Source of the DNA: Methanosphaera stadtmanae DSM 3091
Lineage (GTDB): Archaea > Methanobacteriota > Methanobacteria > Methanobacteriales > Methanobacteriaceae
Reading direction: 5' to 3'
DNA: 32,000 nucleotides
NCBI RefSeq assembly: GCF_000012545.1
Contig: NC_007681.1
Span: 600,001-632,000 of the forward strand
The notes beneath the pieces were generated by a model, which saw nothing but the letters and a program-made list of their open reading frames with translations, was not told the DNA's origin and did no database searches. Shown one piece after another: positions 18,679 to 27,664 of the stretch. Within the stretch, counting starts at the first letter, position 1; every line of letters starts with the position of its first letter. The position numbers and the translations under genes were made by a program.

Positions 18679-19854
18679 TTAAGCTCCAAAATGTTTTTCT
18701 ACTACCTTTAATTCTTTAGGAATATTAATTGATTGTGGACATGATTCTATACATTTTTTACAATTTACACAGTTATGTGCCTGTCTATCTTCGTGCATGT
18801 GAAATTTATATTGAATTGAATTAATAGTTTCATCTCCAAGTAAATCCATATTATACTCTCTAAAACATTTAGGAATATTAACGCCATGTGGACAAGGCAT
18901 ACAGTAGTTACAGGATGTACATTTAATATGATTTAAATTATCATATTCTTCTTTTACTTGTCTTAATATTTTCTTATCATCATCTGATAATATTCCAATT
19001 TCTGTCTTATCAACTAGTTTAATATTTTCTTTTACTTGTTCTAATGAAGACATACCACTTAAAACACAGTTAACTTCTTTTTTATCCCATAAATAGTTAA
19101 AAGCCCATTCAAGAGGGGTGTATGATTTTGAGGATTTTTTGAATATTTCTTGAACTGTTGAGGGTTGTTTTTGTGCTAATTTTCCACCACGTAATGGTTC
19201 CATTATAATTGTTCCCAAACCTAATTTATTTATTTTTTCAACACCTCTTAAGCCAGTATTATCAGTTTCATCAAGATAATTTAATTGTGTTAGTACACAT
19301 TCCCATTTATCATAATCATCAAGTATTTGATTTAATAATTCATAAGATCCATGTGTTGAAAAACACACATGTTTTATTCTTCCATCACTTATAGCTCTAT
19401 CAACAAATTCATACAATCCACCTTCTTTAATATTTTCATAGAATGAATCTTTTATTGAATGAACAAAAAATAAATCAATAGTATCTGTTTTTAAACGTTC
19501 TAATTGTTTATCAAGTGTTGTATCAAAGTATTCCCATGATTTTATTTCCCATGAAGGCATTTTTGTTGATATGTGAACTTTGTCATAAAATCCTCTAGAG
19601 AGTATATCTCCAAGAATTGTTTCACTAACTCCAGGTTTACTTCTATCTGTTGTATGGTATACCCATGCTGTGTCAAATATGTTTACACCATGATTTATAG
19701 CATATTCAATCATCATCTCTGTTTCGTTAATATCAACATGTTCTGGATTATTATCAATAGTTGGTAGTCTCATTGCACCAAAACCTAAAATTGATGATTT
19801 AATACCTGTTTTTCCTAAAGTTCTATATTTCATATAATTATATTTATTTTTCAT
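18679..19854 (-). CDS. Aldo/keto reductase fused to a C-terminal 2x[4Fe-4S] ferredoxin-like domain (COG1453-type oxidoreductase)
   Basis: The AKR N-terminus is MKYRTLGKTGIKSSILGFGAMRLP. Two Cys clusters are present: CTSCNYCMPCPHGVNIP and CVNCKKCIESCPQSINIP. The likely true start is the second ATG (19833). No SD precedes either ATG, and a TTTTTATAA box about 27 nt upstream of 19833 would fit a leaderless mRNA. Confidence 0.8.
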   Translation of the reverse strand: MKNKYNYMKYRTLGKTGIKSSILGFGAMRLPTIDNNPEHVDINETEMMIEYAINHGVNIFDTAWVYHTTDRSKPGVSETILGDILSRGFYDKVHISTKMPSWEIKSWEYFDTTLDKQLERLKTDTIDLFFVHSIKDSFYENIKEGGLYEFVDRAISDGRIKHVCFSTHGSYELLNQILDDYDKWECVLTQLNYLDETDNTGLRGVEKINKLGLGTIIMEPLRGGKLAQKQPSTVQEIFKKSSKSYTPLEWAFNYLWDKKEVNCVLSGMSSLEQVKENIKLVDKTEIGILSDDDKKILRQVKEEYDNLNHIKCTSCNYCMPCPHGVNIPKCFREYNMDLLGDETINSIQYKFHMHEDRQAHNCVNCKKCIESCPQSINIPKELKVVEKHFGA

Positions 19855-20127
19855 GATTATAAAAAATTATTTATTTTTTTAGAAGAAATAGTACTTTTTT
19901 TTATTAGATTAAACTTTGTATTTAGATTTAAGAGTGTGCGACAATTATTGTTCTATTAATATTATTTATTATATATAATATACAAAAAAAACATCAAATA
20001 TTTGATAATTATAAAACATAGTAACAAGAAAATCTTGTTGAAAAACATCAAAAACAGAATTATTACATGTTCTCTTTAATTTTAAAAAAAGGTATAAAAA
20101 AGGAATAATTGAATTTATTTTTAAAAT

Positions 20128-21807
20128 CTATTCAACTTCACTAAATTCTACTTCAAATGCAATTACTGGATATTCAAGTTCAAAGTTAGTAAGAACTTCT
20201 GGATGAATTTCTCCAAAATATCCTTTAAATGTAAATGGTGTGTTTTTATTCAATGGTTTTGTAGTGAATTTAGCACAACGACCTTTAATAAATGCTGAAT
20301 CATCATGGTCTTCTAATTCCATTTCAAATCCCATATTTGCTACAAATGATTCAACTATTGATTTTATTGTTGTGAAGTTTGCAACAGAAGAGATTTGTGC
20401 AGCAGCTAATTTTTTAACAGTAACCATTTTTGTTTCTGCATTTTCATTGATATATGCTACATCCCCAATTTCAAATATTTTCTGTGGAAGTTCTTCATGT
20501 TTATTATCTTCTAAAAATTCAAGAAGACTGTTTATTAATGATTTTCTAATCATTGTTCTATCTTGTGTTATTGGTTGAGCTACTGTTACACGATCTTCTT
20601 CGACTTCTTTTCTAAGTTTTGTATAATGTTGTGTTTCACTTGTAAGCATTAAACTTTTTATTTCAGTAAATGATAATCCTATCATTACTTGTTCAAGAAT
20701 TTGGTCAAACTGTCTTTTTGAATCTGGATTTGCTACTGTTGCAAAGTCTGGTAGTTGTGCAGGTAATTCATTAAATCCATAACCTAGGGCTATGTTTTCA
20801 ATAATATCTACCTCATGTAGTATATCAATTCTATATCTTGGTACTGTAACACGTACAGTCTCTTCATTAATTTTTGTTGCATTGAATCTTGTTTTTTCTA
20901 GTGTTTCAACTATTTTATCTGCAGTTAAATCAATACCTATATATTCCTGTGCAGTTTTTGTATGTACATCTATAATTTTAGGTTCAAAGTCAGGATATGT
21001 TTTATTATCATGATATGGATAGTTTACTTCTATTGTTTCAATGGTTGCTCCATTTTCTGAGAGGTTTGCTGCAATAATATTTAATGCATTTGTAACAGCA
21101 TTAATATCTGTTCCTGTTACATCTATGAAGAGGTTTGTTGTTTTTGTTGTTAATTTTGTAAGTTCACTGTTTATTATTGGTGGCATAGACATTATATTTC
21201 CATTTCCATCAACAATTAATGGGTATTTATCAAATTCTTTGAGTAGTTTAGCGTATTTTTCTCCTTTTTCATGGTTTTCTAGAATTTCATTTAATGTTAG
21301 GTTTTCTCTAGATTCCAATGGTATAAATGATGTTTCATTAGGATTTCCTGCTTTATAATAAAATGGTCCTTCTACTTTATCAAGATCATGAATACCTATT
21401 GCTACTTTTTTCCTGTCCCTTCCAATTACCCAGTGTAGGTGTTCCTGGAATTCCATGATATTACGAAGTTGATTATCATCAATTTTAACATTTTTTATCA
21501 TACAACATGCAACATATGGTCTTATATTTTCAAGTTCACTATCCACTGTTATTGTTGTGTCTGTTTTTTTAACATCATATTCAGGTATTCCTTTTTCTAG
21601 TTCAAGGTATCCTTTTAGTGAACGTACAATTCCTTCTACACTGTAGTAGTCTGGTCTATTTGGAAAAAATTCTGCTTTTACTTCCACATCATCATATGAT
21701 TCAACATCACTTGATATCATTGGAAGTATGTTTATAAGTTCATCTTTTGGTAATTCTTCACCTAATTGTTCGAATAATTCTTCATATGTAAAATTGATTA
21801 CAGGCAT
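20128..21807 (-). CDS. pheT: Phenylalanine--tRNA ligase beta subunit, archaeal type
   Basis: 559 aa. The N-terminus is MPVINFTYEELFEQLGEELPKDELINILPMISSDVE, followed by B3/4- and B5-like regions. The C-terminus (FGEIHPEVLTNFELEYPVIAFE) is typical of archaeal PheT. Confidence 0.9.
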   Translation of the reverse strand: MPVINFTYEELFEQLGEELPKDELINILPMISSDVESYDDVEVKAEFFPNRPDYYSVEGIVRSLKGYLELEKGIPEYDVKKTDTTITVDSELENIRPYVACCMIKNVKIDDNQLRNIMEFQEHLHWVIGRDRKKVAIGIHDLDKVEGPFYYKAGNPNETSFIPLESRENLTLNEILENHEKGEKYAKLLKEFDKYPLIVDGNGNIMSMPPIINSELTKLTTKTTNLFIDVTGTDINAVTNALNIIAANLSENGATIETIEVNYPYHDNKTYPDFEPKIIDVHTKTAQEYIGIDLTADKIVETLEKTRFNATKINEETVRVTVPRYRIDILHEVDIIENIALGYGFNELPAQLPDFATVANPDSKRQFDQILEQVMIGLSFTEIKSLMLTSETQHYTKLRKEVEEDRVTVAQPITQDRTMIRKSLINSLLEFLEDNKHEELPQKIFEIGDVAYINENAETKMVTVKKLAAAQISSVANFTTIKSIVESFVANMGFEMELEDHDDSAFIKGRCAKFTTKPLNKNTPFTFKGYFGEIHPEVLTNFELEYPVIAFEVEFSEVE

Positions 21808-21907
21808 TTTATTATCATTCCTTTTTGTTTTTTCCTTGTTTTGTAAATAATATTTTGTTATATTAAAAAAAAGTTTTAATTAAAAAAATTTTTTAATTAT
21901 TTTTTTA

Positions 21908-22261
21908 TTATAGAGCTAGTACTATCATAAAGAATATTGATTCTATTGAAAAGTGTAGTGCTCTGTGTTGTAATGGAGTTAATTTTAAGTTATAGAAGTT
22001 ATGATATAAATCAATTATTAAGTGTATTGTTGCTGCAAGTACTCCTATTGTTATTGATTGGAATACTAGTGATAATACTATTAAGTGGAATATTGCTTCT
22101 AAAACTTCATGAACTATCCATGCTACGAATGGTGATTGCACTATATTATATACAATTTCACCAAATATTATGTAAAAGTCTGATAGTGTATGCCATAATA
22201 CTCCATGAATAATATCAGAACATGCTAGTACAATTGCTATATAAAACCATTCTATGTTCAT
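21908..22261 (-). CDS. Hypothetical His-rich integral membrane protein
   Basis: It has about four hydrophobic segments with repeated His (HGVLWH, HEVLEAIFH, IHLIIDLYH, HRALH). I moved the start to ATG 22261, where GGTGA lies 5 nt upstream; the ORF-track start 22273 is TTG. Confidence 0.5.
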   Translation of the reverse strand: MNIEWFYIAIVLACSDIIHGVLWHTLSDFYIIFGEIVYNIVQSPFVAWIVHEVLEAIFHLIVLSLVFQSITIGVLAATIHLIIDLYHNFYNLKLTPLQHRALHFSIESIFFMIVLAL

Positions 22262-22508
22262 TAGTTTCACCAAATAATATTTTTTTTACTTACAAGAAAT
22301 AAATATTATTCTTATATTTTATTTATATATTCAGTAATATATTATATTTGTTTAAATGGTACTTTTTTGTTATAATTAATTATATATAACATTGTGAATA
22401 ATATATATAGAAAGTAATTCATAAATATATAATGAAAATAAGTAGATTATAAATAAATAAAATTATACTAAAATACTAACTTTAATTATATCTTTGGAGG
22501 TAAATAAT

Positions 22509-22901
22509 ATGAAACCACCATGTGAAATAGTAGTATGGTATGTAATACCATCAATACGTTCAAAACTTGCAAAAGAATTATTAAACCTTGGAATGAAACA
22601 AAAAGATATCTCAGAACTACTAGATATAACACAACCTGCAGTATCACAATATATTAGTGATAAAAGAGGGCATGAACTAGATTTTGATCCTGTTGTAGAA
22701 CAATATATAAAAAATATGGCAAGAGACATAAAAAATGGGGAATTAGAACCAATAGATTTAATACCAAGATTCTGTCACATATGTAAAACAATAAAAACAA
22801 AGGAAATTCTCTGTCAAATACATAAAGAAAAGGTTAATATTCCACAATCATGTAGTGTGTGTATGGGAAGTGAATCATCAGATGGATGTGGATTCATATA
22901 G
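22509..22901 (+). CDS. HTH (XRE-like, COG2522-type) transcriptional regulator with Cys-rich C-terminal tail
   Basis: The HTH is MKQKDISELLDITQPAVSQYISDKRG. The C-terminus contains CHIC...C...H...CSVC...C. I moved the start to ATG 22509, where GGAGGT lies 8 nt upstream; the ORF-track TTG at 22494 overlaps that SD. Confidence 0.7.
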   Translation: MKPPCEIVVWYVIPSIRSKLAKELLNLGMKQKDISELLDITQPAVSQYISDKRGHELDFDPVVEQYIKNMARDIKNGELEPIDLIPRFCHICKTIKTKEILCQIHKEKVNIPQSCSVCMGSESSDGCGFI

Positions 22902-23082
22902 ACATATACACTTTTTTTTCTATTTTTACTTGTAGAAAATATATTTCTACAATAATTTTTAAAATTTAATTGTTGTAAAATCATATTTTTAAAATTTTTT
23001 GATACATAACTTTTTATAATACTTTTAAAATATAACAATTGTTAAAAAATATTAATATAAATAATATACAAACATATAATAC

Positions 23083-24486
23083 ATGAAAAATTATTTTAAT
23101 ATAGAAGAGATAGAAAAAATACTTACTAACAATGAACTTCTATCAGGAAACTTTGGATTAGAAAAGGAAGGTCTTAGAGTAACAAAAGATGGAAATCTAT
23201 CCTTAACACCACATCCAGAAGTCTTTGGAGATAAACTTAAAAATCCATATATAACAACAGATTTCTCAGAAAGTCAGATAGAAATAGTAACACCATCATT
23301 CAATACATTAAATGAAGTATATCAATTTCTGTCATTTATAAGTGATTTAGTAAACATAAATATTCCAGATAATGAATATATATGGAATCAATCACTACCC
23401 TGTATCATACCAGATGACTCTAAAATACCCATAGCCAAATATTCAAAAGAAGGTAAGGATGCATATGAATATAGAAAAAATCTATCAAAAAAATATGGAA
23501 GAAAACTACAGTTAATATCAGGAATTCATTATAACTTCTCATTTGATGAAAAAGTCATAGAAAAATTATATAAAAATATATCCCATGATCTTTCATATAA
23601 AAACTTTAAAAATCAGCTCTATCTTAAAATAGTAAGAAACTACCTTCGATATAAATGGCTAATAATATATCTAACAGGAACATCTATTGCATGTCATGAA
23701 ACATTTATAGAAAAATGTTACAATCTAATGAATAAAAAAGATAACTATGATAGTTATTATGGTACTGAGGCTGTATCATATAGAAATGCATCATGTGGAT
23801 ATAAAAATAAAACACCCCTCTATCCTAGATACACATCAGTAGATGAGTTTATAAGAGATGTTAAAGATTTTATTAATAAAGGTTTATTATCTGAATCAAA
23901 GGAATTATACACCCAGATACGTTTAAAACCACATGATAGAAATAACTTTTTAAAATCATTAAAAGAGGATGGAATTCAATATATTGAAATAAGGACTATT
24001 GATATAAATCCATTTGATAAATGTGGAATATCTATGGAGGATATGGAATTTATACACATATTCCTACTGTACTTGTTACTTAAAGAAGAATCCACTTATG
24101 ATAAATGGCAGGAAGAAAGTTTAATAAACGAGGAAAACACTGCAGAAAATGCATTTAATACTAATTTAAAACTATTAAATGATGGGTGTGAAGTATCACT
24201 AAAGAATTGGGCTTTTAATATAATTAATGAAATTAAACAAATAAACACTAGACTAGATTTAGGTAAGGATGAAATTATACATACTATGCAAGAGAGAATA
24301 GAAAATCCTAAAAAAACACATGCATATAAATTAAGAAATATTATTAAAAACAAGGGATATATTAACAGTCAACTATCAATTGCCAAAAACAATAAACAAA
24401 CAAGTGAAGATATTTTTAACATGGAACATATTATGAAAAATGAGAAACTCCTCAAATATTATAATGATGCCATAGAAAAAGTGTAA
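23083..24486 (+). CDS. gshA: Glutamate--cysteine ligase (gamma-glutamylcysteine synthetase), stand-alone bacterial type
   Basis: 467 aa. FGLEKEGLRVTKDGNLSLTPHPEVFGDKLKNPYITTDFSESQIEIVTP and LISGIHYNFS match the GshA / GshF N-terminal domain. No ATP-grasp extension is present. Confidence 0.85.
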   Translation: MKNYFNIEEIEKILTNNELLSGNFGLEKEGLRVTKDGNLSLTPHPEVFGDKLKNPYITTDFSESQIEIVTPSFNTLNEVYQFLSFISDLVNINIPDNEYIWNQSLPCIIPDDSKIPIAKYSKEGKDAYEYRKNLSKKYGRKLQLISGIHYNFSFDEKVIEKLYKNISHDLSYKNFKNQLYLKIVRNYLRYKWLIIYLTGTSIACHETFIEKCYNLMNKKDNYDSYYGTEAVSYRNASCGYKNKTPLYPRYTSVDEFIRDVKDFINKGLLSESKELYTQIRLKPHDRNNFLKSLKEDGIQYIEIRTIDINPFDKCGISMEDMEFIHIFLLYLLLKEESTYDKWQEESLINEENTAENAFNTNLKLLNDGCEVSLKNWAFNIINEIKQINTRLDLGKDEIIHTMQERIENPKKTHAYKLRNIIKNKGYINSQLSIAKNNKQTSEDIFNMEHIMKNEKLLKYYNDAIEKV

Positions 24487-24567
24487 ACTTCCATCTTAAA
24501 TTCCTCTTAGATTTAGATATAAAACTTAATAAAATAGGATATTAACTAAAAAGATGTAAAAAGGAGA

Positions 24568-25050
24568 TTAAATTAAATCTATTTCATCCCATTTAACATC
24601 ATTATCTTCTGTTAAGTATTCTTCATCACAATGAACCTTTTCTACTTTTCCAATAAATAATTCATGACTTCCAGGTTGTATTGAATCAACAACACTACAT
24701 TCAATATTTACTGGACAATCTGTAAGTATTGGTGCATCAATTATATCTGCATCAGTTGTGTTAATGGATGCTAATTTATCTTCATCACGTCCAGATACAG
24801 TTCCAAGGTACATGTATTTCTCACTAAATTCCTTTGTAGGTATATTTACAACGAATTTTCCAGTATCCTTTACCATATCATATGAAAATCTTGAAGGTAT
24901 AATTCCAATCATTACCATTACAGGATCGATACTTGCTACACTTGCAACTCCAACTGCTAATGCATTATCATGTCCATCTTTACGGCATGATACAATAGTG
25001 TTTGGCATGGGTTTTATTCTTGCTTTTGTTTTATCTGCTTCTTTTTTCAT
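24568..25050 (-). CDS. Flavin reductase-like (FMN-binding split-barrel) protein, paralogue A
   Basis: 160 aa. The pattern PMPNTIVSC...GHDNALAVG...PSRFSYDMVKDTGKFVVNIP...DKL...PILTDCPVNIEC...GSHELFIGKV is typical of flavin-reductase-like domains. GGAGA lies 7 nt upstream of the ATG. Confidence 0.75.
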   Translation of the reverse strand: MKKEADKTKARIKPMPNTIVSCRKDGHDNALAVGVASVASIDPVMVMIGIIPSRFSYDMVKDTGKFVVNIPTKEFSEKYMYLGTVSGRDEDKLASINTTDADIIDAPILTDCPVNIECSVVDSIQPGSHELFIGKVEKVHCDEEYLTEDNDVKWDEIDLI

Positions 25051-25066
25051 TTGATTATCTCCAATA

Positions 25067-25549
25067 TTATAATAAATCTATTTTTTCCCAATTAACAGAT
25101 TTCTCTTTTGTTAGATATTTATCATCACAATGAACCTTCTCAACCTTTCCAATGAATAAATCATGACTTCCAGGACTATACACATCTATAAGACTACATT
25201 CATAGTTTATAGGACAATCTGTAAGTATTGGTGCATTAATTACATCTGCATCAGTTGTATTGATTGATGTTAATTTATCTTCATCATATCCTGAAACACT
25301 TCCCAAGTAGTCAAATTCTCTTTTAAAGTCTTTTGTTGGTAGATTTACAACGAAGTTTTTAGTTTCTTTAATAATCTCATGTGAATATCTTGAAGGTCTT
25401 ATTGCTACCATTATCATAAGAGGATCTGTTGCAATATTTGAAATAAATCCTATTGCCAATGCATTATCATGTCCATCTTTACTTCTACATGATATAATTG
25501 CATTAGGCATTGGTCTTATCCAATTTGAATCATCTACATCAATTTTCAT
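25067..25549 (-). CDS. Flavin reductase-like (FMN-binding split-barrel) protein, paralogue B
   Basis: 160 aa, collinear with paralogue A and roughly 60% identical by eye. GGAGA lies 7 nt upstream. It stops 16 nt before the start of paralogue A. Confidence 0.75.
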   Translation of the reverse strand: MKIDVDDSNWIRPMPNAIISCRSKDGHDNALAIGFISNIATDPLMIMVAIRPSRYSHEIIKETKNFVVNLPTKDFKREFDYLGSVSGYDEDKLTSINTTDADVINAPILTDCPINYECSLIDVYSPGSHDLFIGKVEKVHCDDKYLTKEKSVNWEKIDLL

Positions 25550-25800
25550 CTATTCATCTCCAATTTTCTTTCTTTCAAATATTTATTTTGGGTTTTTTTT
25601 GAGTAGTTATTTAATGATTATAATTTAGATTATATTAAATTTATTGTATGTTTGATTGTAATTAATATCAATATATAGTGATACATATTTTTTTCATTAA
25701 AAAAAATAATTTCATAAAAATATGTGAATTAATAAGGCTAACTACATATTATTAAAAAATAATATATTATATATAATAAAAAAATAGGAGCATTAAATCT

Positions 25801-26577
25801 ATGAAAGTGGTCATACTTGCTGGAGGCTTTGGAACTAGAATTTCTGAAGAATCCTATTTAAAACCTAAACCAATGATTGAAATAGGGGAAAAACCAATTT
25901 TATGGCATATAATGAAAATATATTCCTACTATGGATATAATGAATTTATAATATGTCTTGGATATAAATCCCACATGATTAAAGAATTTTTCGCAGATTA
26001 CTATCTTCACACATCTGATGTAACATTTGACTTATCAAAAAATGAAATGGAAGTACATAACAATTATTCAGAACCATGGAAAGTTACTTTAGTAGATACA
26101 GGTCTTAACACTATGACTGGTGGACGTATTAAAAGAATTAAAGATTATTTGCCAGATGATGAACCATTCATGTTAACATATGGTGATGGGGTGTCTGATG
26201 TTAATTTAAATAAATTATACAATTTCCATAAGAAAAATAAAAAACTTGCAACAATAACAGCAGTGAATCTTGCAGGACGATTTGGTGTACTAAAAATAGA
26301 TGAAACTGAAACAATAAATAAATTCTCAGAAAAAACAAAAGAAGATGGTGGATGGATTAATGGTGGATTCATGATACTTGAAAAAGAAGCTATTGATTAT
26401 ATTACAGATGATACAACAGTTTTTGAAAAGGATCCACTTGAAAACTTAGCAACAAATGGTCAGTTAATGGCATATAAGCATCATGGATTCTGGAAATGTA
26501 TGGATACAAAAAGAGATCATGATGCTTTAGAAAAATTATGGCAAGAAGATAATGCACCATGGTATTTATGGAAATAA
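25801..26577 (+). CDS. rfbF: Glucose-1-phosphate cytidylyltransferase
   Basis: 258 aa. MKVVILAGGFGTRISEESYLKPKPMIEIGEKPILWHIMKIYSYYGYNEFIICLGYK and GGWINGGFMILE match RfbF/DdhA. Confidence 0.9.
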   Translation: MKVVILAGGFGTRISEESYLKPKPMIEIGEKPILWHIMKIYSYYGYNEFIICLGYKSHMIKEFFADYYLHTSDVTFDLSKNEMEVHNNYSEPWKVTLVDTGLNTMTGGRIKRIKDYLPDDEPFMLTYGDGVSDVNLNKLYNFHKKNKKLATITAVNLAGRFGVLKIDETETINKFSEKTKEDGGWINGGFMILEKEAIDYITDDTTVFEKDPLENLATNGQLMAYKHHGFWKCMDTKRDHDALEKLWQEDNAPWYLWK

Positions 26578-26596
26578 AGTATATAGTTGATAAATT

Positions 26597-27664
26597 ATGG
26601 ATAAATTCTTTAAAAATAAAAATATTTTACTAACAGGACATACAGGCTTTAAGGGTTCATGGTTAACAAGTATATTAGTTAAATATGGTGCTAATGTAAC
26701 AGGATACTCATTAAATCCACCATCTAATCCTAATTTATACGAATTATTAGATTTAGATAATGATATAAATTCAGTTATAGGTGATATAAGGGATTTAAAC
26801 ATGTTAAAAACCATATTTTATGATACTAATCCTTCCATTGTAATTCATATGGCAGCACAACCAATTGTAAGAGAAAGCTATAAAAATCCATTATATACCT
26901 ACCAAACAAATGTAATGGGTACTGTAAATATATGTGAATGTATTAGAGAATCAAATGTTAAATCATTTCTAAATGTAACAACAGATAAAGTATATGAAAA
27001 TACTGGAAAAAATGAGGGATACTCAGAATATGAAAAACTTGATGGATATGATCCATATTCAAATAGTAAATCATGCTCTGAAATAATAACACATTCTTAT
27101 AATAATTCATTCTTTAAAGAAAAAAACATCAATACTTCAACAGCAAGAGCAGGAAATGTTATTGGTGGTGGAGACTTTGCAAAGGATAGAATAGTACCAG
27201 ACTGTGTAAGAGCATGTATTAATAATGAAGATATTATTATAAGAAATCCAAATTCAATTAGACCTTATCAACATGTTTTAGAACCATTGTACATGTACTT
27301 AACAATAATAAAAAAACAATATGAAAATAGTGAATATGCAGGTTACTACAATGTTGGACCAGATGATGAAGACTGTATTACAACAAAAACTTTAGTGGAT
27401 ATATTTTGTAGCCACTACAATAAAATCACAAACAACAACATAAAATGGATAAATAAGAGTGATAATGGTCCACATGAGGCAACCTTCTTAAAACTTAACA
27501 ACCAGAAAATAAAGGATGTCTTTGGTTGGAGGCCAACATGGAATATTAAAGAAGCTATTGAAAAAACAGTTGAATGGACAAATGCCTATATTAACAATGA
27601 AGATATGAAAGAATACACCAGTAATCAAATAGATGAATATCAAAGGAGGAATCATTATATTTAA
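26597..27664 (+). CDS. rfbG: CDP-glucose 4,6-dehydratase
   Basis: 355 aa. It has the SDR Rossmann motif LLTGHTGFKGSWL and the catalytic YxxxK (YSNSKSC). The length is typical of RfbG/DdhB. Confidence 0.9.
   Translation: MDKFFKNKNILLTGHTGFKGSWLTSILVKYGANVTGYSLNPPSNPNLYELLDLDNDINSVIGDIRDLNMLKTIFYDTNPSIVIHMAAQPIVRESYKNPLYTYQTNVMGTVNICECIRESNVKSFLNVTTDKVYENTGKNEGYSEYEKLDGYDPYSNSKSCSEIITHSYNNSFFKEKNINTSTARAGNVIGGGDFAKDRIVPDCVRACINNEDIIIRNPNSIRPYQHVLEPLYMYLTIIKKQYENSEYAGYYNVGPDDEDCITTKTLVDIFCSHYNKITNNNIKWINKSDNGPHEATFLKLNNQKIKDVFGWRPTWNIKEAIEKTVEWTNAYINNEDMKEYTSNQIDEYQRRNHYI

Noticed and set aside
13079-22729. Other shadow ORFs (13079..13366, 13771..13977, 15998..16336, 19209..19394, 19573..19767, 20240..21358 group, 21937..22212, 22463..22729)
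   Set aside because: All overlap stronger genes on the opposite strand (NFACT, histone, tgtA, AKR, pheT, the membrane protein and the HTH regulator).
22814-23038. 74-aa minus-strand ORF spanning the regulator-gshA intergenic region
   Set aside because: It runs through an AT-rich promoter/terminator region and overlaps the 3' end of the regulator gene. It has no SD, and its Lys/Asn/Ile-rich translation looks non-genic.
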